Positions 12,419-25,892 of a stretch of 64,000 bases of DNA are shown one piece after another. A model generated the notes under the pieces. It made no database searches and was not told the origin of the DNA. It was given only the letters and a program-made list of their open reading frames with translations. Origin of the DNA: Anthoceros angustus. Lineage: Eukaryota > Plantae > Anthocerotophyta. The translations under genes were made by a program, and so were the position numbers. Location: contig VJWM01000135.1 of NCBI GenBank assembly GCA_010909165.1, positions 558,001 to 622,000 of the forward strand, read 5' to 3'. The first letter of the stretch is position 1, and each line of letters opens with the position of its first letter.

Positions 12419-15400
12419 TCAGGGACTAGTCCAGGTCTCATCACCCACGAGTTTTGCTAGCATGGAAAGGACGTTGTCGCTGTTCCCGAGGCCTTGCACT
12501 GAGATGTCGTCTGTAGCGGCCTGAGGTGGGTCGACTTGCCCTAGGGCTCCAACCTGGATGTCGTCCATGCGGGCCTGAACCCCCTGCTGGCTGTCCAGCA
12601 AGAGGGTACCCCTCTCGGCCCTGCTCAGGAAGTCTGTGATGCTTGCGGTGTCCAAGAGCAAGGTGAGCAAGGAAAGCGTCTTAACTCCTCCTCCTCCTTG
12701 CAGCAGTTGCAGAAGGTTTGGCTTTTTACGTGACAGCTCCACCAAAGTGACCTGCACATGAACGCCCAGCGGCCAGTTCAGAGCCCATCATTATGGGTCT
12801 GGTGCAGCCTCCTTCCAAAGCCACAACCTTAGAGTGCTGCGTATCCCTGTGCTCCTGTCCGTGCACATCATTATGAGTGTGCACCTAACTTACTTGGGCT
12901 GTTTCAGCGATGCCGGCCTTTTGCTTTGCGATGGCAACAGCCCTGTTGAAACCACCAATGGCGTCAACCAGGCCCCGAGATAATGCAGCTTTGCCTGTCC
13001 ACACACGGCCTTGGGCCACCTCCTCCATTGCGTCCACCTGCGTGCACAACATCCAGGGAGTCACACATCCGGATGTCTGTCACTCACCACGAGCATGATT
13101 TTCTAACAAGTATTTCCGGCGGACCTCCATTTTTCTCGAAAGAGCTGCTTTGTCGCGGAATAACTTGTATGCCGTCATGGCATTCAGCTTGAAAAAGTCT
13201 TCCTCTTCAGGCCTGTTCAGAGGAGCTCCCGCTGATTAGCAGAAGGCTCATTGGGTTCCTTCCGGCACACAAACATGGCATTGATTTCTTACGTGAAGGC
13301 TCGCTGATCAGCATCCAGATCTGCAAATTTGCCTCTTGAGATGACCTCCTTTCCATAGCCTATCCTCTCATACAGCTCCTTGAGGTTGAATTTCCCTGCT
13401 CCATGATGGGAGGTTAATGCAAGTCACATGCGTCTTGTATACAAATCTCGCGCTGCAACGGTAGCAGTGCACAACCCATCCCATTCCAAAACAGCAGAGC
13501 CCCAAGATTGCTCCTAGAAACAACCTGTCACCACTCCAATGGATCCGGTCAGAGTCAACTCCTCAGCCACGATGACTCCAGCTGCCATTGCCATGTAGTA
13601 CCCTCCACTTGCTGCGACGTCCACCATCGACGCGACGACGGGTTTCTTTTCTGCCAGCAGCCTTAGCTCCCTCCACATTCTGTTGCAACCAGGACAACCA
13701 CAGCAAACCGTCAGACACAAGGTCCCCTGCACAGACAGGGTCTGCCAAAGGTGAGCACAGTACAAGGTGCTGTTTACTTAACAAATCAGAAGCAAGAGCA
13801 TCTCCACCAGGACTATCTATCCGTAGAACAACAGCCTTGTAATCTTTTGAATCTGCACGTCACAACAACACAGGATTTAGACAGATCAGAAGGCCCAAAA
13901 TGCGTCTCACAAAAAAAAAAAAACGACTTGAGGGAAAGGAAAAGCAAGCACCTCGGACTTGACGAATTGTTTTAATGAATGTTTCACCAACAATGCCCTC
14001 ATTCTGTGACCTTAAGCCACCACCACTGGAAAGGCTTATCCCTCCAACAGCTCGGATTACTGCTATCCGATTGCGGCCACCCGAAAGGCCGAGAGTTGAT
14101 GCTTGTACTCTGGAGTATTTCCTGTACATACAAGGCAACTGCCTCTAGCTTAAAATGCCCAGAGTGCATTGATGATGAAGCACAAAACACATTCAGTAGC
14201 AAACACTACCTGTAGTCAACCGTCACAAGAGGCTTGTCCTTGTCTCCACCTAGCCTATTAATCAGCAGGGTATCCACCTTCACAACAAAGCCAGCACATC
14301 AGAACGACAGGCATACCAAACTGCCACTCAATAGAACAAGCCATTCCTGTGCACATGTACCTGATCCTCATATTTGATATCAGTTATCCATCCATCAGCC
14401 TTCAACTCCTCAATGTTAGTCACACCCTTGTCTAGCAGCTCCAATAACTCATCTCGTGTCTTCCCTGTTGATAATGGCACAATCATGACCATAAGGTACA
14501 GGTTATGCTTGTGAACTCAGAACGTACTTGACCAAAGAGACTATGACACAAGTACATAGTCATACCAGTGGAGGATGTGATTTTCTCGGACCAATTGTCA
14601 AACACATCATCCAGTACAGCAGTTAACATTTCCCGATTCGCCTCTGACATCTGCTTTCTTGTTATTGTGTCGCCAAAGCTCTTATACTTGCCTATTCGCT
14701 GAAACTGCGGCTCAATACCAACCTTCTCCAGCACACCTGCAGACTGGACTCATTATCATCTTCTGAACTAGACTAGTGACCAACGTTGCATTCATGTGGG
14801 CCATAACAGCTGTCCAACTCACCTCCAACAAATGTTGCTTGGACTTTCAGGCCACGCAATGAAATATATGCTCCTGGTGGTGCATACAGCTCCCCACATG
14901 CACAGGCTAAATAATATTCCTTCTCACTACCAACAGGCAGATATCCAACAAGAGGCTTTCCTGCAGACAAGCATATAACCATGAGTCAGCCAACTTGAGA
15001 TACATAGCAGAAGGAAAATACCATCCCTTTGCCCCAACACACACCGGATTCCAAACATGTCATACAACCCATGCCCGAGGCAGAAGTTTTCACCTGACTT
15101 CTTGAAGTACTCCATATGACGCCGGATCTCATCAATTTTTCCCCAGCCACAGTCAAGAGGTTGGATTTGCAGGAAAACTGCTCCAATGCGGGGGTCATGT
15201 GCTGCGTTAATCAGATTCTGACAAATCTGAGGGAGAGAGACCACTTTGCTGAATCGTCCTTGGTATCGCTCTGCGACCTGTCTCATCAGAGCGCTTTCAG
15301 TCTCCTGAGGCCAAGAAGACACTTGCACGAAGCACCATATGCGAAGGAATCACTCCTAGCGTGGAAACACAAGTGGACACCCTAACCAACGGCAGCTGCC

Positions 15401-16099
15401 ATACACATAATGTATACCTCGCCTCCTAACTTCATCTTCAACACGCTGCCTCTCGCGACTCGTCGCCATGGCCATACAAGGAGCAATCTTAGCTGCACCA
15501 GAAAGCTGTCCAATGCCCCCAACTTCACGTATTCCATTTCTCCTGACGGAAGCTCCTGCCCTGCTGCAGCCCCGTTCGGTGATCTGTTGCTCGCTTCATC
15601 TGTCTTTCTGGTATCAGTATCTGTATCCTTCTCGTCTGAGGATTCTGCAACCACTCCAGACTGGGTACTTCGGAACTGCCATCCTCTTTCAATAGCCACT
15701 GACATTCTCCTACAATTGAATGTCGATTGACTCATGTGGGCAGCCATTGAACTGCAACCCGATGTAATACCCAGCCGGCTCTCCTGAAGCTGGAATTTAA
15801 ACAGACACTCCTTACCCGCTGTTGGAGAGCGCGGAGCCTGCAACACTGTTCTGTCAGTTCACTAATCACTTACAAACCATGACAACCGTTTGCAAACAGG
15901 AAGTAAAATTTGCGAACAAGAGGCATATTGTGGGTAGTACATTTCTGAAAGGCCTGCCCTCTGACAGGTCGCAGCACGCGAAAAGGACCGTCGGACGAGC
16001 AGAGGCATTCACCTTCGACAATCTGGTAGCACATGCTAAGCTTGTCTGGCACACTGCTAGCACAGCGTGGTGAGAATGGATCATCTTGGACTGCGTCAT
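12419..16099 (-). CDS. SPPA: Chloroplast protease IV / signal peptide peptidase SppA, multi-exon (start uncertain: ATG 16099 via an extra exon, or ATG 15747)
   Basis: Exons include PSGEMEY...WPWRRVARGSVLKMKLGG, AAHDPRIGAVFLQIQPLDCGWGKIDEIRRH, VVLRIDSPGGDALASDLMWREL, DVAASGGYYMAMAAGVIVAEELTLTGSIGVVTGKF, EVAQGRVWTG and VQARMD. Confidence 0.92.
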
Positions 16100-16857
16100 T
16101 GAAAATTCAACACACAAATCCTCCTCCTCCACTGTATCCCCAAATTATTTTCCCAATTTCGCAAAAATGATCATTCAGAGAAGGGCTCTCCTTTGCAAAC
16201 CCATGTCCAAGGTCATCAGTCCGATTCTGGTAATCGCAGCTCCCGAAACTTGGCGGCTTTGTGCTGGGTTTCCCGGCATCTTCACCACTCCGCCCGTCCC
16301 CGTTATGCCCAACAACAACGTCTCCACCGAAGCAAGAAGAACCTCTCAACCACAACAACCCACAATGCTGGCTGATCCCCGAGCTCCCCACGCAGAAGAA
16401 CGAACTTCCTCCGGCAACGTGTTGGTTTGATCGCATCGATGTCATATTTTTGAGCTCCTCTCTTTTGCTTAAGGCAACGATGCTCCAGTCACTCTGAGAC
16501 ACACACGCCTTACCCAAGTGGCCACCGGGCTAGCGCGCTTTTGGTGCGCACAATGGTGACTTAAAAATTCATGAAGGCTAATGTTAAAAATTTGAAAAAA
16601 TATTAGCTAGCTAGATTTCGAGACATCATGCTAGCTCGTTAGCATCGTAGTAATGCAAGTTAGTGTAGTAGCACGGAAAAGAACTTCGAAATACAGAGAG
16701 TCCGAGACTCTGGTGGCGCACCAGCGGGAACAAGAACGCGGCGGGAATTCGAGCTCTTCGCGTCGAGGGCGTGGAGTTCAGGATTTGGCGGCAGCGGCCT
16801 GATCGAAGCCCGGAGATTGCGTTTGAAGAAGCTTCGGCGCTGCTGTGATCAGGCACC

Positions 16858-19800
16858 ATGTCGGGCTTCCACCTTCCTCCTTATGGCATGCAGACGATGC
16901 TCAAGGAGGGCCACAAGTTGCTGTCAGGCCTGGACGAGGCTGTGCTGCGGAACATCGATGCCTGCAAGCAGCTGTCGCAGATCACGCGCACGTCGCTTGG
17001 TCCCAATGGTGCGTCTTCGGAGGCTGGGCATGCATTTCTGAGTCGTGTTGAGTGTAGAGCTTTTGCTTGGGTTCGCGGCTGTAGATCCGTCTTCATGGTT
17101 GAATTTAGGGTTCAGTGTTTGGGTGGGTGGCAGGTTGGGATTGTGGAAGTTTTGAGCTTGGTGTCACAATGTTGGTTACATTGCGCTGCTGGTGGGTGCA
17201 GGAATGAATAAAATGGTGATCAACCATTTGGATAAGCTTTTTGTTACCAGTGATGCTGGTACCATTGTGGATGAGCTGGAAGTGCAGCACCCTGCGGCAA
17301 AGTTGATGGTTTTGGCGGGAAAGGCTCAGCAGGAGGAGGTTGGAGACGGGGCCAACCTTGTTGTCACATTTTCTGGAGAACTGCTTGAAGGGGCGGAGCA
17401 GCTGATCCGAATGGGTTTGCACCCGAGTGAAATTATTGGAGGATTCACGAAGGCTGCCACTAAGGTGCTTTCTTAGTGGTGGCGATGTGGTGCATTTCTG
17501 TTTCTGCTGACTATGTACCCAGCAGCATCAGGTTAATTTTTTTCTTTGCTTTGGTGAATACCTCTGTTGTATTTTCAGGTTCCGGAACTGCTGGAACAGC
17601 TAGTTGAACCTGGTTCGGAAACAATGGATGTCCGGAATAAGGAGCAAGTTGTGCAGAGATTGCTGGCATGTGTTGCAAGCAAGCAATTTGGTCAGGAGCA
17701 GATACTCACTCCGCTGATTGCAGACGTAAGTCGGTAGGGTAGCGATCATGTTGTCACAGTTGTGCATTGAAATGTTTTTTCTCTCGTTGTTCTGGGAGCT
17801 ACCATGGATGCTAAATTATCTCCCCTAACAATATGCTCTTGTGTACTTTCTGGTCTGCAGGCTTGCATCCAGGTTTGTCCAAAAAATCCTGCAAACTTCA
17901 ATGTGGACAATGTCCGTGTATCTAAGATTCTGGGTGGAGGCATTTACGACACCAATGTTGTGCGGGGAATGGTTTTGAAAGGAGATGCTCTGGGAACTAT
18001 CAAGCATGCTTACAAGGCTAAAGTACGACTGAGCTCCTACTCTTTCTGCTATTGGAGCCCACCACAACGTTGCAGTGTCCTGTATTTCCTAGCAGAATGT
18101 GAGGTTGAAAGTGGGGTGCATGATTGGTTGTGTAGATTGCTGTGTTTGGAGGAGGGGTTGACACATCTGCAACAGAGACAAAGGGCACTGTCCTCATCCA
18201 AAATGCGAAACAGGCATGGTTTGAGCAGCCATTGCAAAAACTTTCTATTGATGCTTCTCCAAGCTCTGTTACTAACACCTTCCAGGTTCTTGCCCAATTT
18301 TCTCTCAGCTGGAGAACTATGCCAAGACAGAAGAGGCAAAGATTGAAGAGCTTATAAAGTCAATAGCTGATTCAGGGGCCTCAGTCATTGTCAGTGGAGG
18401 TGCTGTAGGTGAAATGGCCTTGCATTTCTGTGAGCGCTACAAGTAAGTTCAAAATTTGTGATCCGTGTCTTCTAAAGAATTCCAAGCATGCTATAGCATA
18501 CACTTCCGTCAAGTTACTAACAGATATTCATTCAAGTAAGAGGGAATTGATCCTTGTCCCTTTGTATGTAGACTTATGGTGGTAAAGATTGCCTCGAAGT
18601 TTGAGCTTAGACGTTTCTGCCGGACGACAGGTGCAGTTGGCCAAGTAAGTTTTTCTTGTACCTCTGGTACTTCGATTGTTAGGAGCCTAAATACCTTCAC
18701 TTTCTATGGGGCGTGCATTACACCAATTGATCCAAGGCTCTGTTCTACAGGTCAAGATGGGCCAACCAACACCTGATGAGCTAGGATATGCCGACTCTCT
18801 ATCTGTGGATGAGATAGGTGGTACACGGGTAAATTCGCTGGCTTTTGTGCTGTAAAAATTCCTTAAAACTCAGTTGGTTGTGGAAACTCTTCTATCGTTG
18901 GTGCTCTCAGGGAGCAGTTTTTCACTTTGTTTGACCTATGTTTTCAGGTTACGATTATAAAAAATGATGCTGGCAATCTGGTTTCCACAATTGTGATTCG
19001 TGGTGCCACAGATAGCTCGATGGATGATGTTGAACGAGCAATTGATGATGGTGTAAATTCTTACAAGGTACACAAGTCTGGCTGGTGTGATGAGGTGGTT
19101 TGATCTGGTGGTTGTTGCTTGCACTTGACGATGCTCGTTGACCTTGTAATGCAGGCCATCTGCAGGGACAGCAGAATAGTTCCAGGAGCCGGTGCTACAG
19201 AGATTGAGCTGGCCAGGAGACTAAAGGAGTTTTCGTCTACTGAAGTTGGGTATGTCAAGACATGGTGCCTTGGACTGAGTTTTTGCATTGCTTCCTTCTT
19301 ATCCCGGTTGTGGTTTTCAAGCGGTTCATGCTGATGACTGCAGGCTGGAGCAGTACGCAATTGAGAAATTTGCAGAGAGCTTTGAGGTTGTGCCTCGAAT
19401 TTTGGCAGAGAATGCTGGTTTAAATGGGACCGAGATTGTTTCTTCCCTCTACGCGGCACATGCAGCCGGAAATGCCAAGGCTGGTGTGGATGTGGAACAG
19501 GGTGAAGTCAAAGACAAATCTGCTGACAGCGTATGGGACTTGTATGCCACGAAGTATGTTCCTTCCCAGGCCTTCTTATGTCTCGATTTGCTCTCTGGAA
19601 TGGCTAGTGCGTCATTCTTATGACGTACTTGGTTGCAATGCAGGTTCTGGGCAACCAAGCTTGCCGCTGATGCTGCCTGCACTGTTCTTCGAGTAGATCA
19701 GGTAAAAGACATGGACTTATAAGTCTCACTTGTTCTATACCGTGCTACGTGAGTCTTGCAGCATATTGGCATTCCATGTGGCTGGCATCTAATGGTTGGA

Positions 19801-19892
19801 TTCTAACCTTTGCTCAACAGATTATCATGGCAAAGCCAGCGGGAGGACCCAAGAAGGATCGAGCGGTCATGGACGGGGCCGATGAAGACTAG
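16858..19892 (+). CDS. CCT8: T-complex protein 1 subunit theta (chaperonin CCT8), multi-exon
   Basis: MLKEGHKLLSGLDEAVLRNIDACK, TSLGPNGMNKMVINHLDKLFVTSDA, QEEVGDGAN, ETKGTVLIQNAKQLENYAK, DDVERAIDDGVN, VPGAGATEIE and IIMAKPAGGPK. Confidence 0.96.
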
Positions 19893-20407
19893 CTTTCTCG
19901 CGACCTCGTCGGGAGACCCTTCTTGTTGAGTTGTAAAGTAGTGGGCTACACATCCTGGGCGTACCCAGGTTCTCTGTCCAAAAGCATTGCAGGCCTGGTT
20001 CACACTTGCCACGTCAATGCCATCGATGCCGTCCAATTTTGAAGCACCTCAGAGGTCACTTTATTTACTTGGGAGGTGAGATCGCGAAACATTTTGCAAG
20101 ATGCTTGTGGAGTTGAAAACAGTGCCCAACCGCGGGCTTCAACGATGCTCTGTGTAATGACGTACGGGCGCCGGCATTTATTTGACTGTTCAGCCGAGCG
20201 GCGGGAATGTGTACATCTCCAAGCAACACACTGTCGACATCTTCGATTTTCCCAAACGGATTGTTTGTTCCGGCTCGTCTCAGAAGCAATGCTAGCAATT
20301 TCGCAGCCGAGGCCTCACACATAGCACGCCGTCTGGTTTCAGTCGCTACACCGGATCGTTGTTCTCAGGAGGTGATCACACTAACACACTAACGATAGCT
20401 TTTGCAT

Positions 20408-20722
20408 CGTTGCTTGTGCTTGCCATTCGATTGCTTTGTACTTGGCATTCGATTGCTTTGTGTTTGCCATTAGATTGGTTTGTGCTTGCCTTTCGATTGC
20501 TTTGCGCCTGCTTCTTCTTCTTCTTCTTCTTCGTCTTCTTCTGCTACACTAACTCGAATGCTTGTGCTTGCTGTTCGGATTGCTTGTGCTTGCTGTTCGG
20601 GTTGCCTGTGCTTGCTGTTCGGGTTGCCTGTGCTTGCTGTTCGGGTTGCTTGTGCTTGCTTTTCGATCGCTTGTGCGTCCTTTTCGATGGCTTGTGCGTC
20701 CTTTTCGATTGCTTGTGCTTGA
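20408..20722. repeat. 21/22-bp minisatellite (~12 units, consensus GCTTGTGCTTGCTGTTCGGGTT / GCTTGTGCGTCCTTTTCGATT) interrupted by a (TTC)n microsatellite
   Basis: Four near-perfect 22-mers and three 21-mers at ~20560-20710, degenerate copies at ~20410-20505, and (TTC)n at ~20512-20541. Confidence 0.9.
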
Positions 20723-21367
20723 CAGTAGATTGCTCGTAGTTGCTAGTCGACTGAACTTGCTTTCCTTCTAGCATGGATGCCACTGCCTGGCGTCGTCATG
20801 ATGTATCTAGATTTCCTTGTTGTTGATTAAAATGACAGCATCACAACTCAGCAGACGATGTTAGAGGAGTGACTGGAATCTTGTACAGTGCATGCCTAGC
20901 TCCATGAGTTTGACGTACGGTTAGTGATACGACGGCCGTCTGCTCATGAGCAAGCTGTCATGCCGCTCCAACTTTGTGAACAAATGGTGCAAGAACTGGT
21001 TCCATTTACTGTACGAGGAGCGCGAATGATGTTTGCAAACTTTTGACGCAGATTTAAGTGGATACACGGCCATCGCATAAATGTGGGTGTGGAGGTCACA
21101 TGCCTGTCGGTTTAAATAGGCCCGCAGTGCCTTCCGGCTCCTGGTCACACACCTGGTAGGCTAGTATGTACTACATAGTGCCAGGGAATGAAGATGGCGA
21201 CAGCAGGTCGACATGACCCGAGTCATCAATCCAACGTGTCAGAAAGGCCACATCGACGGGAGGTCAAAGTGGAGGTAGGAGGTCAATTTGAAGGGCTACG
21301 TTCCTCCGTTCCTTGTTACATTGCCCTGGGGTTTTGTTTGCTTCCTCGTCTCCTCCGCTGTGCTGCC

Positions 21368-23424
<2,057 letters not shown>

Positions 23425-24018
23425 GTACCACATCCACCACATCAACTCGCAGTCTGTCTACGTACTGTTCTGTCGGGTGGCGGGCGGGCAGTTGTGATAG
23501 TTGAGAGTACCTAGATTAGTGGGAAAACGTGCTCAAGCCGCATTCTCCTTTCATGCTTTCATGAATCATGTGTATGTTGGTTACATGTACCTAGAGTCTG
23601 GTTCCATGCCTCTAAGAGAAACAGAGAGATGGGGGCCATGAGGGGATGGCATCTTTGCATCTAAGCTCTCTGCGTTTTATCCCTTGTTTTAGCGCTCTCT
23701 TTCATAACCCACTTAGTCTATGTCCATATACGAGCAGGAGTCTGGACAACCCTAACAACCAGTTACTCGTTGTCTAGATACTCGCACTTCGACAGGATTG
23801 GCTTAAACGCGTCCGCTAATCCCGTGGCAGGAGGCGCATGGGTGCCACGGTGGTGGCTCATGAGGCGGGCAGCTGCGACCCCGCCTGAATTGGTGAATAC
23901 AGGCCCAAAGTGCCATCCTGTTTTCACATCACAGCAGCAGCAGAGCTGAAGGCAGGCGAGCGCGGAGAGGAGCAGCAGGAGCAGGCAGGCTGGCTGGCAG
24001 GCTGGCAGGCAGGCAGGG

Positions 24019-24984
24019 ATGGGGATCAAGGAGACGGAGGAGGGGGGGATGCGGGTGCTGCAACCCTCGCAGCGGGCCGGGCTGCTGAGCGCGGTAGCCT
24101 TGCTGGTGTGGCTGGGGGGCATCCACCTGAATTTCCTCGTCTTCTTCGTGGCGGTGGCGTACCTTCCCAGCCCCCTCGGCTGGGCGATGCTGGCCCTGCT
24201 GGTGCTCCTGACGGTGGCGCCCATCGCCCCCGAGTGGGAGCCGGGGCAGCGGGTAGCGCGCTTCATCAGCGACTACGCCCCCGCCCACTTCCCCATCAAG
24301 GTGGTGATGGAGGACAGAGGCGCGTTCGACCCGTCCCGGGCGTACGTGATCGCGGCGGAGCCGCACAGCGTGCTACCCATCGGGATCGTGGTCCTGACGG
24401 CGCACTCGGGCTTCCTCCCCTTCACCAACATCCGGTGCCTGGCCTCGTCCGCCATCTTCTACACGCCCGTGGTGCGGCACGTGTGGTCGTGGCTGGGCCT
24501 GGTGCCCGCCACCAAGTCCCACTTCCGCGGCCTCCTGGCCGCCGGGACCTCGTGCATCATCGTCCCCGGGGGAGTGCGCGAGTGCCTCTACATGGAGCGC
24601 GGCTACGAGGTGCTGTACCTGAAGCAGAGGTTCGGGTTCGTGCGCTTCGCCATCGAGACGGGCGCGCCCCTGGTGCCCGCCTTCTGCTTCGGCCAGTCCA
24701 GCGTGTACCGGTGGTGGAAGCCGAGCGGGGCGCTGTACGACCGGCTGTCGCGCGCCATCGGCTTCACGCCGCTCATGTTCTGGGGCATCCTGGGCTCGCC
24801 CATCCCCTACCGCACCCCCATGTACTTCGTGGTCGGGAAGCCCATCCCCGTGGAGAAGGTCGCCTCCCCGTCCCGCGACCAGGTGGCCGCCGTCCACCAG
24901 CAGTACCTGGAGGCCATCCGCCGGCTCTTCGACAAGTACAAGGCCACCGCCGGCCACCAGGACACGCAGCTCCACATCTACTGA
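24019..24984 (+). CDS. DGAT2: Diacylglycerol O-acyltransferase type 2, intronless, very GC3-rich
   Basis: N-terminal TM segments, plant-type EPHS motif (YVIAAEPHSVLPIG), IIVPGGVRE, RFGFVRFAIETGAPLVPAFCFGQ and PMYFVVGKPI. Confidence 0.93.
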   Translation: MGIKETEEGGMRVLQPSQRAGLLSAVALLVWLGGIHLNFLVFFVAVAYLPSPLGWAMLALLVLLTVAPIAPEWEPGQRVARFISDYAPAHFPIKVVMEDRGAFDPSRAYVIAAEPHSVLPIGIVVLTAHSGFLPFTNIRCLASSAIFYTPVVRHVWSWLGLVPATKSHFRGLLAAGTSCIIVPGGVRECLYMERGYEVLYLKQRFGFVRFAIETGAPLVPAFCFGQSSVYRWWKPSGALYDRLSRAIGFTPLMFWGILGSPIPYRTPMYFVVGKPIPVEKVASPSRDQVAAVHQQYLEAIRRLFDKYKATAGHQDTQLHIY

Positions 24985-25549
24985 TTCGGGGAATCCGTCT
25001 ACTCCCTTCCCCCTTCCCCCTTCCCTTCGAAGTCCCCTGTGTAGATATTCGGTGCCGCAGCCACAACCTGAATTCGCCGACCCCACCGGCACGGGAGGGA
25101 CGACGCCGTCCCACGCTCCCGCAGCGAACATGGAACATTGTTTGGAGACACTCGAGAAGGTTAGAATAGCGCTCATCAGGATTCTTCTATGTATAATTCT
25201 TGAGAAACGAGAACCGCAGGCCGGGGCCATTGTTCCCGTGCGATGCGAATGCCGATTTTGTTTCTGCGTGATGCGGCTGGTTCACCTGGACCTGGGGGCT
25301 GCCTTTGGTAATGTGAGATGGTAGGGTGGTGGAGCGGATTTAGGGCATCTTGTACCTCGGGTGGGCTTCGGCCGCATGGGAGGACATGTCGCCGATTTTG
25401 CACGAGTTTGCGAGGCCGGGTGGGTTCGCCGACTTGGATGCGAACAGGAGAGGACGGCACCGGGAAATTACGGATTCAGGGTAAGGTGACGTCCTGACCT
25501 GAGCTCAATCGGGGATTATTGATGTGTGTAATGGCGAGGCTAACGATGT

Positions 25550-25625
25550 GGGGGGGGAGGAGGGGGGGATGCAGGAGGAGGAGGATTAGGGTTAGGGTTG
25601 GGAGATGGAGGGGGGAAGCACGGGG
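25550..25625 (+). promoter_or_regulatory. G-run-rich tract (G-quadruplex potential) containing a telo-box-like TTAGGGTTAGGG
   Basis: At least six G-runs of 3-8 nt within 76 bp and TTAGGGTTAGGG at 25586-25597. Confidence 0.5.
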
Positions 25626-25892
25626 AGGAGTCTCCCGTGGGCTGGGGGAGCAGCACTTCCGGCAAGGTGATTATGGTAGTTGAAAGATGGGCAATTGCAG
25701 GAAAATTGCTGATGAGACTGTAGTGGCTGACGAGAATGGATGTTGGAACAGAGAGACGCCTCCGAGTCCTCCTCCCTGCAGGGAACGGGTGTTGCTGCTA
25801 ACTCTGCCGGCTGGTACTCTTCGTGAACACCACAGTCATTTCAAAGGAGTGCAAGTCTGTCATTAGTGCAGATTTGTCGTCTTTTGCTGCGT

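Noticed and set aside
20408-20722. Repeat array considered as a CRISPR-like structure
   Set aside because: The units are contiguous with no unique spacers, the context is eukaryotic, and there are no cas genes.
21060-21175. HGHRINVG...PAPGHTPG, resembling metallo-beta-lactamase/glyoxalase II motifs upstream of GSNOR
   Set aside because: The HxHxDH motif is incomplete, the spacing is far too short, stops intervene, and it lies in the GSNOR promoter.
23910-25169. 419-aa alternative-frame ORF over DGAT2 (similarly 31063-32049 over trehalase and 29721-30956 over TLC)
   Set aside because: Stop-poor off-frames produced by extreme GC3, with no recognisable motifs.
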